Source: Bacteroidales bacterium
GTDB taxonomy: Bacteria; Bacteroidota; Bacteroidia; Bacteroidales; UBA3824
Reading direction: 5' to 3'
DNA: 64,000 nucleotides
Assembly: GCA_017417315.1 (NCBI GenBank)
Contig: JAFPZK010000053.1
Span: forward strand, 31,798-95,797
The notes below the pieces were generated by a model, which was given only the letters and a program-made list of their open reading frames with translations, was not told the DNA's origin and made no database searches. The position numbers were made by a program, and so were the translations under genes. Below, piece after piece: positions 12,633 through 22,357 of this stretch (the stretch's first letter is position 1; every line of letters starts with the position of its first letter).

Positions 12633-13706
12633 ATGAAATATGCTACATTAGAAAAAGCGTTGGCGGCATGGAACAAACTTTTGCCGCTTTCAGAAGATGA
12701 CAACAATAAGTTGAGCCGCCGGTTTACTATTGACTTCAATTACAACAGCAATAATATTGAAGGCAACACTTTAACATACGGTCAAACGGAACTTTTGCTT
12801 ATGTTCGGCAAAATAATCGGCGAGGCGCAAGTAAAGGATATTCAGGAAATGACTGCAAGCAATGTCGGATTAAAAATGATGAAAGAAGAGGCTGAAATGA
12901 AAGAAATGCCTCTGTCGCAACATTTTATCCGCACTTTACATAAAACTCTGTTCAGAGAAGATTATACCGTTTACAGAAATCTTCCGGGCGGGGTTACAAC
13001 GTCGTTTATTATTCATGCCGGACAATACAAAACACGTCCGAACAGCGTTATAACACGTTACGGCGACCGTTTTGAATACGCTTCGCCAGAAGAAACGCCC
13101 GCTTTGATGACTTCGCTCGTTGATTGGTACAATGAGGAAGAAAAACGCGGCAAACTTTCGCCCGTAGAATTAGCGGCTCTGTTTCATTACCGTTATATCA
13201 GGATACACCCGTTTGAAGACGGCAACGGCAGAATTGCGCGTTTGATGGTGAATTTTATTTTTGCGCGGCACAACTATCCGATGATTGTTGTCAGAAGCCG
13301 TAAAAAACAGGAATATCTTGAAGCCCTGCATCAAGCGGATTTGAAAGTCGGCTCTGTACCGTCTGAAGGTGCAAATGCGGATTTGAAGGACATACAACCG
13401 TTTATGAAATATTTTGTCGGTTTGGTAACAGAGGAGATTAACAACGATGTGCGTTTTGTCAGCGAACATGATGAAAACGTTTGGTGGTATGACGGCGAAA
13501 GAATTGTTTTTCGTTCGGAGAATTATTCAAAAATACTTAACGCTATGCTTTCGCTGCCGACTGTTACGTTGAACGACATTCAAAAAGAAATCGGGATTAA
13601 TATGTCGGCTGTTCAAAGGCTTGTTAATCAGTTGATTGAGAAAAAATACGTTGAGCGTATTGACAACAAAGGTTCTTGGCGGGTGTTTATAACTCCGTCG
13701 CTGTAA
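12633..13706 (+). CDS. Fic family protein with C-terminal HTH
   Basis: Canonical HPFEDGNGRIAR, autoinhibitory SNNIEGN motif, C-terminal wHTH-like segment. Confidence 0.93.
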   Translation: MKYATLEKALAAWNKLLPLSEDDNNKLSRRFTIDFNYNSNNIEGNTLTYGQTELLLMFGKIIGEAQVKDIQEMTASNVGLKMMKEEAEMKEMPLSQHFIRTLHKTLFREDYTVYRNLPGGVTTSFIIHAGQYKTRPNSVITRYGDRFEYASPEETPALMTSLVDWYNEEEKRGKLSPVELAALFHYRYIRIHPFEDGNGRIARLMVNFIFARHNYPMIVVRSRKKQEYLEALHQADLKVGSVPSEGANADLKDIQPFMKYFVGLVTEEINNDVRFVSEHDENVWWYDGERIVFRSENYSKILNAMLSLPTVTLNDIQKEIGINMSAVQRLVNQLIEKKYVERIDNKGSWRVFITPSL

Positions 13707-13750
13707 TAATTAAACGTGTTTTTCCGTTATTTATAAAAGTAAAGAAAAAA

Positions 13751-14581
13751 ATGTCAGTCAGAGTAGAGAATCTTACAAAACTTTATGGCGAAAACAAAGC
13801 CGTTGACAATATAAGTTTTAATATAAATTCGGGTGAGGTCGTAGGCTTTTTAGGTCCTAACGGTGCAGGCAAAAGCACCACGATGAAAATCATAACCGGC
13901 TGTATTGCAAGCGATTCGGGTGAAGTTTTTATCAACGGCGTTAACATAAAGGACGATATGACGGCTTTGAAAAAGTCAATCGGCTATCTTCCTGAAAATA
14001 ACCCGCTTTACTTAAATATGTACGTTAAGGAATATCTTGAATATTCCGCCGGAATGTATTTACAAAAAAATGAAATTAAAAACGCGGTGGAAAAAGCCGT
14101 TGAAGCGGTCGGTTTGGGAGAACATCAGTTCAAGAAAATCGGCGAACTTTCAAAAGGTTATAAGCAAAGGACGGGAATTGCAAGGGCTATGGTTCACAAT
14201 CCTTCAATTTTGATTCTTGACGAGCCTACAACAGGTCTTGACCCTAATCAAATCGTTGAAATCCGAAACCTCATAAAAGACCTCGGAAAAGAAAAAACGG
14301 TGATACTTTCAACGCATATTATGCAGGAGGCGGAGGCGGTTTGCGATAGAGCGATTATTATCAACAAAGGAAAAATAGTTGCTGACGACACGCTCAAAAA
14401 CCTTAAAGCACCGAAATCGTCAAATTCCATCACCGTAGAATTTGGTTTTGACGGTAGTTTTAACGGCAATTTTGAAGAAATTGTGAAAAAATTTGCCGAG
14501 GAAAAAGGTCTCTCAGTTCTGTCAATAACACAAAGCAAAGGAAATCTTGAAAATATTTTCAGGGAATTGACTTTGGAATAA
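13751..14581 (+). CDS. gldA: ABC transporter ATP-binding protein, GldA-like
   Basis: GPNGAGKST, GYLPENNPLY, LSKGYKQR, DEPTTGLDPNQ. Confidence 0.75.
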   Translation: MSVRVENLTKLYGENKAVDNISFNINSGEVVGFLGPNGAGKSTTMKIITGCIASDSGEVFINGVNIKDDMTALKKSIGYLPENNPLYLNMYVKEYLEYSAGMYLQKNEIKNAVEKAVEAVGLGEHQFKKIGELSKGYKQRTGIARAMVHNPSILILDEPTTGLDPNQIVEIRNLIKDLGKEKTVILSTHIMQEAEAVCDRAIIINKGKIVADDTLKNLKAPKSSNSITVEFGFDGSFNGNFEEIVKKFAEEKGLSVLSITQSKGNLENIFRELTLE

Positions 14582-14635
14582 GATTTATTTGTAAATTTGC
14601 GCATTGCTAAAATTAATAAAAAAACCATAATCAAA

Positions 14636-15682
14636 ATGGATAACAACACAAACGAATTAGCCCCGCTTGATTGGGCGAATATGGGTTTCGGTTACATAAA
14701 AACCGATTACAACGTAAGATGCTATTATCGCAACGGTAAATGGGGCGAAATAGAAGTTCATTCTGACGAAAACATTTCAATGCACATGGCAGCCACCTGT
14801 TTGCATTACGGTCAGGAGAGTTTTGAAGGCTTAAAAGCATATCGCGGTAAAGACGGTAAAGTAAGACTTTTCCGTCCCGAAGAAAACGCTATGCGTATGC
14901 AAAGTACTTCGCGCGGTATTTTAATGCCGGAAATGCCGACCGAAATGTTTATCGAAATGGTGGAAAAAGTCGTTAAACTTAACGCACGTTTTATTCCGCC
15001 TTACGGTCATGGTGCAACACTTTATATCCGTCCGCTGATGATTGGTGTTGGCGCAACGGTAGGCGTAAAACCCTCGCCTGAATATTTGTTTATGATTTTC
15101 GTAACGCCGGTAGGAGCGTATTTCAAAGGCGGTTTTGCAACCGGCAATTATATGATTGTCAGGGATTATGACCGCTCGGCTCCGCTCGGCACGGGTATTT
15201 ACAAAGTAGGCGGAAACTATGCGGCTTCGTTAAAAGCCAACAAACTGGCTCACGATATGGGTTATATGTCAGAGTTTTATCTCGATGCCAAAGAGAAAAA
15301 ATATATGGACGAGTGCGGTGCGGCAAACTTTTTCGGAATCAAAAACAATACGTATATCACTCCGAAATCTTCGTCGATTCTGCCCTCAATCACCAACAAG
15401 AGCCTTATGCAACTTGCCGAATGGATGGGAATGAAAGTAGAACGCCGTCCTATTCCAGAGGAAGAATTGGAAACTTTTGAAGAGGCTGGCGCATGTGGAA
15501 CGGCTGCCGTTATAGCACCGATTCACGAAATCGACGACCCGAAAACCGGTAAAAAATACGTTATTTCAAAAGACGGCAAACCCGGTGAAATGAGCAAAAA
15601 ACTTTACGAAAAATACACCGCAATTCAGTTCGGCGAATGTGAAGACCCGTTCGGTTGGACAAGAGTTGTTGAAGGAATATAA
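14636..15682 (+). CDS. ilvE: Branched-chain amino acid aminotransferase
   Basis: LHYGQESFEGLKAYR, YKVGGNYA, ILPSIT, GTAAVI. Confidence 0.96.
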   Translation: MDNNTNELAPLDWANMGFGYIKTDYNVRCYYRNGKWGEIEVHSDENISMHMAATCLHYGQESFEGLKAYRGKDGKVRLFRPEENAMRMQSTSRGILMPEMPTEMFIEMVEKVVKLNARFIPPYGHGATLYIRPLMIGVGATVGVKPSPEYLFMIFVTPVGAYFKGGFATGNYMIVRDYDRSAPLGTGIYKVGGNYAASLKANKLAHDMGYMSEFYLDAKEKKYMDECGAANFFGIKNNTYITPKSSSILPSITNKSLMQLAEWMGMKVERRPIPEEELETFEEAGACGTAAVIAPIHEIDDPKTGKKYVISKDGKPGEMSKKLYEKYTAIQFGECEDPFGWTRVVEGI

Positions 15683-15710
15683 AAAAAATCGGGCTAAAAA
15701 CCCGATTTTT

Positions 15711-16649
15711 TTATATACAATAATAACCGCCGCTGCGTAAAGGACCTCTAAATTCTACGAGTCCTTGTTTTCTTAACGTTCCTATTGTCCGTTGAAGTTT
15801 TATAAAACTTACTTGTTGTACAAATTCTTTTATTTGCATTATTTTGATGCCGGGATTCTCTTGTATTGCTTTAAGTACCGTTTCGCTGCAATCAATGTTT
15901 CTCAAATGACGTTTTTTGTGTGCGCTGTAAGTATCTTTTTCGCTTTTAAAAAGTATATTTTGACTTGATAAGGCGCATTTTGCAATAAAATTTGTAAAAT
16001 CTTCGGTCAATAAATTTTTGCTTTCTTTTATCAGTCGGTCATATTCAGACTGTGTTTCGGCAGGGATAATTATGGGTGTAAATTTTTGCCGCAAAATGCC
16101 CAAATTCATTATAAGCCGTGCCATTTTGCCATTGCCGCCTTTAAAAGGGTGTATGTAGATGTATTCGTGATATGCTTTTGCCGCAAATCTCAGAATATCT
16201 TCTTCGGTGGTTTCGCCGTTGAACCATTCCAAAAATTTCTTCATTTTTAAGGCTACGACTTTGTTTTTTTCTGACGGATATTTCCCCGCTATGAAATCCG
16301 GCGTGCGCGAATGTAAGGTTTTGTGAAGATTTTTGATATTATCTTCCGTTATTTCCTTTTTGTCTATAAGTTGAAATATTTTTTGATATGCGTCATATTG
16401 TTCCAAAATTTCGTTTCCTACGGCGGTTTCGGCATCGGACTCTGCAAAACCGTTGTCAATTACGTTTTTGACGGTTTGTTTCGTTATCGTCGTCCCGCTT
16501 AACAAAAGACTGCCGTAAACAAACGGAACGGCGTATTTCTCTTTAAGAGCATCGAAGAATTTTTTTTCGTCGCCGCATTTAAAAGAAAAACTGTCCCTAT
16601 TTTGAGTAAATTCTTTGGTTGCCGTTTCAATATTGATTGTCGTGTCCAT
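15711..16649 (-). CDS. Fic family protein with degenerate active-site motif and C-terminal HTH
   Basis: HPFKGGNGKMAR motif; C-terminal LRKQGLVEFRGPLRSGGY wHTH. Confidence 0.85.
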   Translation of the reverse strand: MDTTINIETATKEFTQNRDSFSFKCGDEKKFFDALKEKYAVPFVYGSLLLSGTTITKQTVKNVIDNGFAESDAETAVGNEILEQYDAYQKIFQLIDKKEITEDNIKNLHKTLHSRTPDFIAGKYPSEKNKVVALKMKKFLEWFNGETTEEDILRFAAKAYHEYIYIHPFKGGNGKMARLIMNLGILRQKFTPIIIPAETQSEYDRLIKESKNLLTEDFTNFIAKCALSSQNILFKSEKDTYSAHKKRHLRNIDCSETVLKAIQENPGIKIMQIKEFVQQVSFIKLQRTIGTLRKQGLVEFRGPLRSGGYYCI

Positions 16650-16789
16650 AATCCGAATACTTTTAAAATTTTGCTAAATTATATACAAAAAATCAATTTT
16701 CCAAATCTTTTTTCAAAAAATTTTTTACAAATGCGGCAAAAAAAACAGCAAGAAGACAATACTGCCTTCCTGCTTTTAAAAAAAGTTTT

Positions 16790-17899
16790 TTATACGAAAT
16801 CTTCTCCAAATTGTATTTTAACGTTGTTGACGAGTTGTCTTATGTTTTGCTCGTTTGATTTCGGGACAATTAACAGCAAATTGTCGCTTTGTGCGATGAT
16901 ATAGTCTTTAAGTCCTTCTACTACAACGAGTTTTGTGTCGGTGTTGATAATACAGCCCGTGGTGTTTTCGGCTATGACTTTTGTACCGGCAATGGCGTTG
17001 AGATTTTCATCTTTGACGGAGTTTTCGTACAGCGAACCCCATGTGCCGAGGTCAGACCATTGAAAAAGTGCCGGTATGACGTAAGTCTCCGAATAGTTTT
17101 CCATAATGCCGAAATCTATCGAAATGCTTCTGCACTGCGCATAAATCTTGTTGATAAACGATTTTTCTTCCGGAGTGTTATAGAACTTCTTGCCGGAGGA
17201 GAAAAGTTCCGCTATTTCGCTTAAATGTAATTCAAAGGCATCAATAATGGCTTTTACGTTCCAAAAGAAAATTCCGGCGTTCCAAAAAAACTCCATGCTT
17301 TCAACAAACATTTTTGCCATTTCGTAAACGGGTTTTTCAGTAAAGAGTTTTACTTTTGTAACTTCGTTTACGGCGAGCGGGTTTTCACCGATTTTGGAGT
17401 CTATTTGTATATAACCGTAACCCGTTTCAGGTCTTGTCGGGATAATACCGATTGTAAGAAGTGCTTCCGGATTAAATTTTACGAACTGTAAGCCTCTGTT
17501 TATCGTTTCTTCAAAACCTCTGTCGTCGCCGATAAAATGGTCGGCGGGCGAAACTACGATGTTTGCCTCGGGATTTTTTGCTAAAATTTTGTACGATGCG
17601 TATGCTATACAGGGCGCAGTGTTGCGGCGCAAAGGCTCCGTCAAAATGTTTTCTTTCGGCAATTCAGGCAGTTGGTTTTCTACCATTTCTGCATAGTTTT
17701 CGCCCGTTACGATAAGAATGTTTTCTATAAGGCAAATGCGACGGAATCTGTCGAAAGTCTGTTGAAGCAGTGTTCGTCCCGAACCTAAAATATCTAAAAA
17801 CTGTTTCGGACATTGAGTTCTGCTTTTAGGCCAAAAACGGCTTCCTATGCCGCCCGCCATGATAACGCAATAATTGTTGTTGTCTAACGGTCTCATCAT
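16790..17899 (-). CDS. manC: Mannose-1-phosphate guanylyltransferase
   Basis: MAGGIGSRFWP, PKQF, RNTAPCI, PETGYGYI, WSDLGTW. Confidence 0.94.
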   Translation of the reverse strand: MMRPLDNNNYCVIMAGGIGSRFWPKSRTQCPKQFLDILGSGRTLLQQTFDRFRRICLIENILIVTGENYAEMVENQLPELPKENILTEPLRRNTAPCIAYASYKILAKNPEANIVVSPADHFIGDDRGFEETINRGLQFVKFNPEALLTIGIIPTRPETGYGYIQIDSKIGENPLAVNEVTKVKLFTEKPVYEMAKMFVESMEFFWNAGIFFWNVKAIIDAFELHLSEIAELFSSGKKFYNTPEEKSFINKIYAQCRSISIDFGIMENYSETYVIPALFQWSDLGTWGSLYENSVKDENLNAIAGTKVIAENTTGCIINTDTKLVVVEGLKDYIIAQSDNLLLIVPKSNEQNIRQLVNNVKIQFGEDFV

Positions 17900-18039
17900 A
17901 AAAAATTATATTTTTTGCAAAGGTAAGTATATTTTTTTTAAAAGGCGGAGAAAAATCGTAAAAAAAAAATCGGGACGGTCTAATTTTTTGAAGTCCGTCC
18001 CGAGGATAATAAAAAAACAAAAATTATGGTTTGCAGTTA

Positions 18040-18660
18040 TTACTTAAAATCTGTAACTTCCTCCATAGGTTTGTCGATAACGTAGACCGTAAAACAGCCT
18101 TTTACGACTTCCGGTCCGCCGCCTTCTCTTTCAACGGGAACCTGTTTTTCTACGTAGTTGCCTTCCGCATCCCAATCTCCTTGCGTTACCATAACTACGT
18201 TGGAGTGTTCTTTGATTTCAATAATAATCTTCAACGAAGTCGGCTGTGCGGGAGCAAAGTCGAAATACGGGTGTGTCATTGTAGTTGAAGTTTCTTTTTC
18301 GCGGTAATCTTGAAGACAAGTCTGACCTTTCTTGGCTTCGGGACTGCCCTCCGGTAATGCTCCGGGCAAATCTATTACAACTTGATTCGAGTTTAAATCA
18401 ACAATTTTTACCTGAACCTCGTTGTTGAAAACGGGCGAAGCAAAAAACTGTATTCTGTACTCGTTGCCTTTTGCCAAGGGGAGAACAAATTCGTATTTTT
18501 TACCTGAAAGACATGTCGCACTTTTTGAGGCGGTGTTATATCTCCAAGGCTTTTCCGCTTTCCTGAAATTAAGGAAATCTGCGCAGTTTTGAGCCTGAAC
18601 CGCCGCCGGCAATATCGCTGACATTGCCAGACCGAGTATTATATTTCTTAAAGTTTTCAT
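18040..18660 (-). CDS. Hypothetical secreted protein
   Basis: Signal peptide ending AVQA; long ORF with host-like codon usage. Confidence 0.75.
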   Translation of the reverse strand: MKTLRNIILGLAMSAILPAAVQAQNCADFLNFRKAEKPWRYNTASKSATCLSGKKYEFVLPLAKGNEYRIQFFASPVFNNEVQVKIVDLNSNQVVIDLPGALPEGSPEAKKGQTCLQDYREKETSTTMTHPYFDFAPAQPTSLKIIIEIKEHSNVVMVTQGDWDAEGNYVEKQVPVEREGGGPEVVKGCFTVYVIDKPMEEVTDFK

Positions 18661-18735
18661 ATTAAATAACATTTTATTTATAAAACGCTGATGAGGCTTT
18701 AATTATTTTCCTACTGCGTATTTTTTTAAGTTTTT

Positions 18736-19647
18736 TTATTTATTGCTTGTTAAAGCCTGCCTGATGTCGGTGATAGTCTTTTTCAGCGTGTTGAAATTTT
18801 CTTCGCTGATTTCGATTTTCTTGTTACCGCCGATAATCATTGCGCCGTTTTCAGTAGTTTGGTTGCCAGCGTTTTCAACAACTACTACCGAGAGTTGATT
18901 GTAAGCCGTGCCTAACGGTTTTAGTTGTTCGATAGTCTCTTCGATTCCGGGTTTTGACTTAAATTGTTCGAGATATGCCATAAGGCTTTCAAAAACGTTT
19001 TTCTCGTCAGCAATTTGCTGAATGTTGATGTCAGTGTTGGAGAAACTGTCTATTGAATTGATAATGATGTACATACATTCAATCCAGCCGCCTGCCGAAA
19101 TCTGTGCAATTGTGGAGTTTTTGCCTTGAACTTCCAATGCTTTTTTAATGTCTAAGTAAGTTTCGTTAGCAATAACTTTCAAAGAATCTTTGTTTTGGAT
19201 TTGTTCGTCGATTCTGGCGTTGAGTTTTGTGCTGAAAACCGATTCAAGACCCAGTTTTGAGGAAAGTTCCCTTAATACTGCGAGGTATTTTACTGCGTCC
19301 TGATTTTGACCGTTGACAGCGCAGTAAGCCATGTCAGCGCAATAAACACCGAAATTTGTCTCTTTACTCTTACTGTCTTCGTAAGTGTTTGCACGGTCGG
19401 TCGGGTTAAGAAGTGCCGAAGAAAATTTAAGTTTTTCGCTCGAAAAAGCAAAAATGTCTTCCGGAGAGGGCAATAAATAGTACGTTGTTAACTCGTCATT
19501 ACTTTCAGCAAAACCGTCGCTTTCGGTTTCCTGTTTATTGCCGGAGTTTCCTTGATTGTTGTTGCCGCCGTTGCAGGCTTGTAAACCGAGCAGAGCCGTT
19601 GCGCTTACCATTGCGCTCAGCCCTAATGTCTTATAGTTCAATTTCAT
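18736..19647 (-). CDS. Hypothetical alpha-helical lipoprotein
   Basis: Lipobox LQAC followed by a G/N-rich linker; NFGVYCADMAY motif. Confidence 0.8.
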   Translation of the reverse strand: MKLNYKTLGLSAMVSATALLGLQACNGGNNNQGNSGNKQETESDGFAESNDELTTYYLLPSPEDIFAFSSEKLKFSSALLNPTDRANTYEDSKSKETNFGVYCADMAYCAVNGQNQDAVKYLAVLRELSSKLGLESVFSTKLNARIDEQIQNKDSLKVIANETYLDIKKALEVQGKNSTIAQISAGGWIECMYIIINSIDSFSNTDINIQQIADEKNVFESLMAYLEQFKSKPGIEETIEQLKPLGTAYNQLSVVVVENAGNQTTENGAMIIGGNKKIEISEENFNTLKKTITDIRQALTSNK

Positions 19648-19671
19648 AATTTTTTTTAATATTTAAATTTT

Positions 19672-20112
19672 TTACATCTTGTTAATTCTGTTCCATGTAA
19701 GTTTTTTACCGAGACCGAACCGGTTGTCGGTAAGTTTGTAAAAGTTTGGTTCAAGGGTCAGATATTCGCCTTTTACCGCTAATGCGTAAGGATATTTTTT
19801 CAGATAAACGCCTTTTACGTAATCCAATTCTTTTGCCGTATAGTAGACGGCCTTCCCCGTTATTTGCAGACCTTGAATTTTTCCTACTTCATCGGTCTCC
19901 AAAAAAATGGAGGCGGCTATCGACGAATTTTGACTTATTTCTCTGCCGTGTCGTGTGTTTTCGTTTATTTTTACGACAAAAATATTTTCCGTTTCATCAT
20001 AAACGTAATAACAATTACAGCAATACGGCTTGTTGCCGGCTGAGGTGGCAAGAGTCAAAACGTGGTGTTCGTTTATAAAGTTTATAATTTTTTCGTTAAT
20101 GTTATTATCCAT
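19672..20112 (-). CDS. Pyridoxamine 5'-phosphate oxidase-like FMN-binding protein (YhbP-like)
   Basis: HHVLTLAT, PYCCNCYY, IQGLQITG, KLTDNRFGLGKK. Confidence 0.85.
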   Translation of the reverse strand: MDNNINEKIINFINEHHVLTLATSAGNKPYCCNCYYVYDETENIFVVKINENTRHGREISQNSSIAASIFLETDEVGKIQGLQITGKAVYYTAKELDYVKGVYLKKYPYALAVKGEYLTLEPNFYKLTDNRFGLGKKLTWNRINKM

Positions 20113-20203
20113 ACGGTTTTTCCTTGTTTTTCCAAATTACAAACGTAAATCTAATTGTTAAATTATCCTTTAAAATATCTTTAATTTTAAATTAACGATA
20201 TGT

Positions 20204-22198
20204 TTATTCTCCGCCGAAAGGAATACCGTTTTCCTTGTAATCCGTTCTTAACACTACAAATTCCGTGCGGCGGTTAAGTTGGTGACAGATTTCTTTTTCC
20301 TGATTGTTTTCAAGGCGGTTGATGAAAGCCTCTGTCAAAACGTCGCCTTCTTTTAAGAACGGATATTTTCCGGCGGTTTTTTTGCTGACTTTAATCGGGT
20401 TGCTTTCGCCCATACCTTTTGATTGAAGTCTGTCGGCGGGAATATCTTTTGAAATAAGATAATCCACAACTGCCTGCGCTCTTGCCTGCGAGAGTTCTAA
20501 GTTAGCCTCGTCAGAGCCTCGGAAGTCCGTGTTAGCGCGGAGTTCTATCGTAATCGTGTTGTTGACGTTAAGAATGTCAACAAGCAAATCGAGCGAAACT
20601 TTTGACTCTTCTCGCAATGTTGCTTTGTTGAAGTCGTATTCGATGTTTTCGAGTTCGATAACGTTGAGCAGCGGGGTCATAAGAATTTCGATGTGGAGTG
20701 TCGTGTTGTCGGTGAGTCCGCGAGTAGTCTCCTTGCCGATACCTTTTAGATAACCTGCTTTTTCGGTTATGAACATATAATCGTTATTTTCTGCGAGTTG
20801 AAACGTAAATTTACCCGCTCCGTTACTCTTAGTATCAAGTTGTGTGCCGTCAGTTGAAGTCAAGGAAACTTTTGCCCCGTCAATAGCAATCATGTTTTCC
20901 TCGTTTTTAACGATGCCCTCTATGCTGACCTGAATCGGCGGCAAATAAAAGCCCCAAATATCGTCGCTTCTCGACCCCTCTCTGTTAGAGGAAAAAAATC
21001 CGCGTTTGTAGGTTTTGAAAAAATGAATACCGTAATCGTCAGCAGCAGAGTTAATCGGGTATTTCATATTTTCGAGGTTTGTTTTGCCGTCTTTGGTGTA
21101 GAGACGGAAAATGTCAAGACCGCCCATACCGCCGCGACCGTCAGAGGAGAAATAAAAACTTCCGTCAGAGGCTGCAAACGGAAAAACTTCGTTGCCTTTG
21201 GAGTTTACCTGACCGCCCATATTAACGGGAGAACTCCAAGAGTTTTTACCTTCGAGGGTTGACTTCCAAATGTCCTTACCGCCTTGTCCGCCCGGTGCGT
21301 CGGAAGCAAAATAAAGCGTTTTGCCGTCAGGTGACAGGCACGGGTGTCCTACCGAAATACTGCTGTCGCGGAAAAGAACTACTTCTTCTGGATTGCCCCA
21401 TTTGCCGTCTTCGAGGTTAGTTACAAAAATTCTGCAACCCAAAGACTGTCCTTTGAAGTTTTTACAAGAAGTAAAATACATCGTATTTCCGTCTTCGGTT
21501 ACAAAAGGCGAACCTTCGTCAAACGGAGTGTTTATTGCGCCTTCTACGGGTACGGGAACCGACCATTTGCCTTTTTTGTCTTTTGACGAAAAGAAAATAT
21601 CGGTGTAGTTGGTCCCTGAATTTGCATTTTTAGTACTTCCGATAGAGGCCTCGCGTGCCGAAGTGTAATAAAGGTCGGTACTATCAACGCCGAAACAAGG
21701 CGCGTAGTCTGATTCTTTATCGTTTAACCAACGCGCATTCCAAACCACGTAACGGGTCGGCGAGGCAATCCATTTGAGAGCCGTCTCGCAATCCTTTACG
21801 CCCTGAGCACCACGCGGGTCGTCAGGGACAAGGTCTTGATAGTTGCTGTACTGAACCGATGCATCTTCGTAATTGCCTTTCATTTTAAGGGCGTCTGCCA
21901 GATATAAAGTTGCAAGCGGATTAGAATATTTCGCTTGAACCGCTTTTCTGAACCATTTTTCCGCATTGCGGGCATCGCTCATATTACGGCTACATTCACC
22001 GAGATAAAATGCAGCCTGACCTTTGGTCGGCTTATCTTTTATTTTCGGAAAATATTTGACCAAAAGTTCCTGACATTTCGTATATTCTCCGCTGTTATAA
22101 TAAGTTAGAGCCTTGTCTACTTTTTTATTTTGTGCCGATAAAGGCAGTGCTGCTATCGTCGCTGCGGAGAGTGCGACCGCTAAAATTATTGAACGCAT
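20204..22198 (-). CDS. TPR-PD40-OmpA peptidoglycan-binding protein (PorE-like)
   Basis: N-terminal TPRs, PD40 repeats (SPDGKTLYFASD, GGLDIF), OmpA domain (NLELSQARA, NRRTEF). Confidence 0.9.
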   Translation of the reverse strand: MRSIILAVALSAATIAALPLSAQNKKVDKALTYYNSGEYTKCQELLVKYFPKIKDKPTKGQAAFYLGECSRNMSDARNAEKWFRKAVQAKYSNPLATLYLADALKMKGNYEDASVQYSNYQDLVPDDPRGAQGVKDCETALKWIASPTRYVVWNARWLNDKESDYAPCFGVDSTDLYYTSAREASIGSTKNANSGTNYTDIFFSSKDKKGKWSVPVPVEGAINTPFDEGSPFVTEDGNTMYFTSCKNFKGQSLGCRIFVTNLEDGKWGNPEEVVLFRDSSISVGHPCLSPDGKTLYFASDAPGGQGGKDIWKSTLEGKNSWSSPVNMGGQVNSKGNEVFPFAASDGSFYFSSDGRGGMGGLDIFRLYTKDGKTNLENMKYPINSAADDYGIHFFKTYKRGFFSSNREGSRSDDIWGFYLPPIQVSIEGIVKNEENMIAIDGAKVSLTSTDGTQLDTKSNGAGKFTFQLAENNDYMFITEKAGYLKGIGKETTRGLTDNTTLHIEILMTPLLNVIELENIEYDFNKATLREESKVSLDLLVDILNVNNTITIELRANTDFRGSDEANLELSQARAQAVVDYLISKDIPADRLQSKGMGESNPIKVSKKTAGKYPFLKEGDVLTEAFINRLENNQEKEICHQLNRRTEFVVLRTDYKENGIPFGGE

Positions 22199-22357
22199 TT
22201 CATAAACTTTTTTTGTAAACGTTGTCTAAGATTTCAATTAGCAAATATTGTGTTTTTTTTTGTCTTTTGAAAATATTTTTAACTTTTTTTTGCGTAAAAA
22301 AAACTTTTGACAAAAAAAATGCTTATTTTCGCACCGTAACATATATTTTTTTCGATT

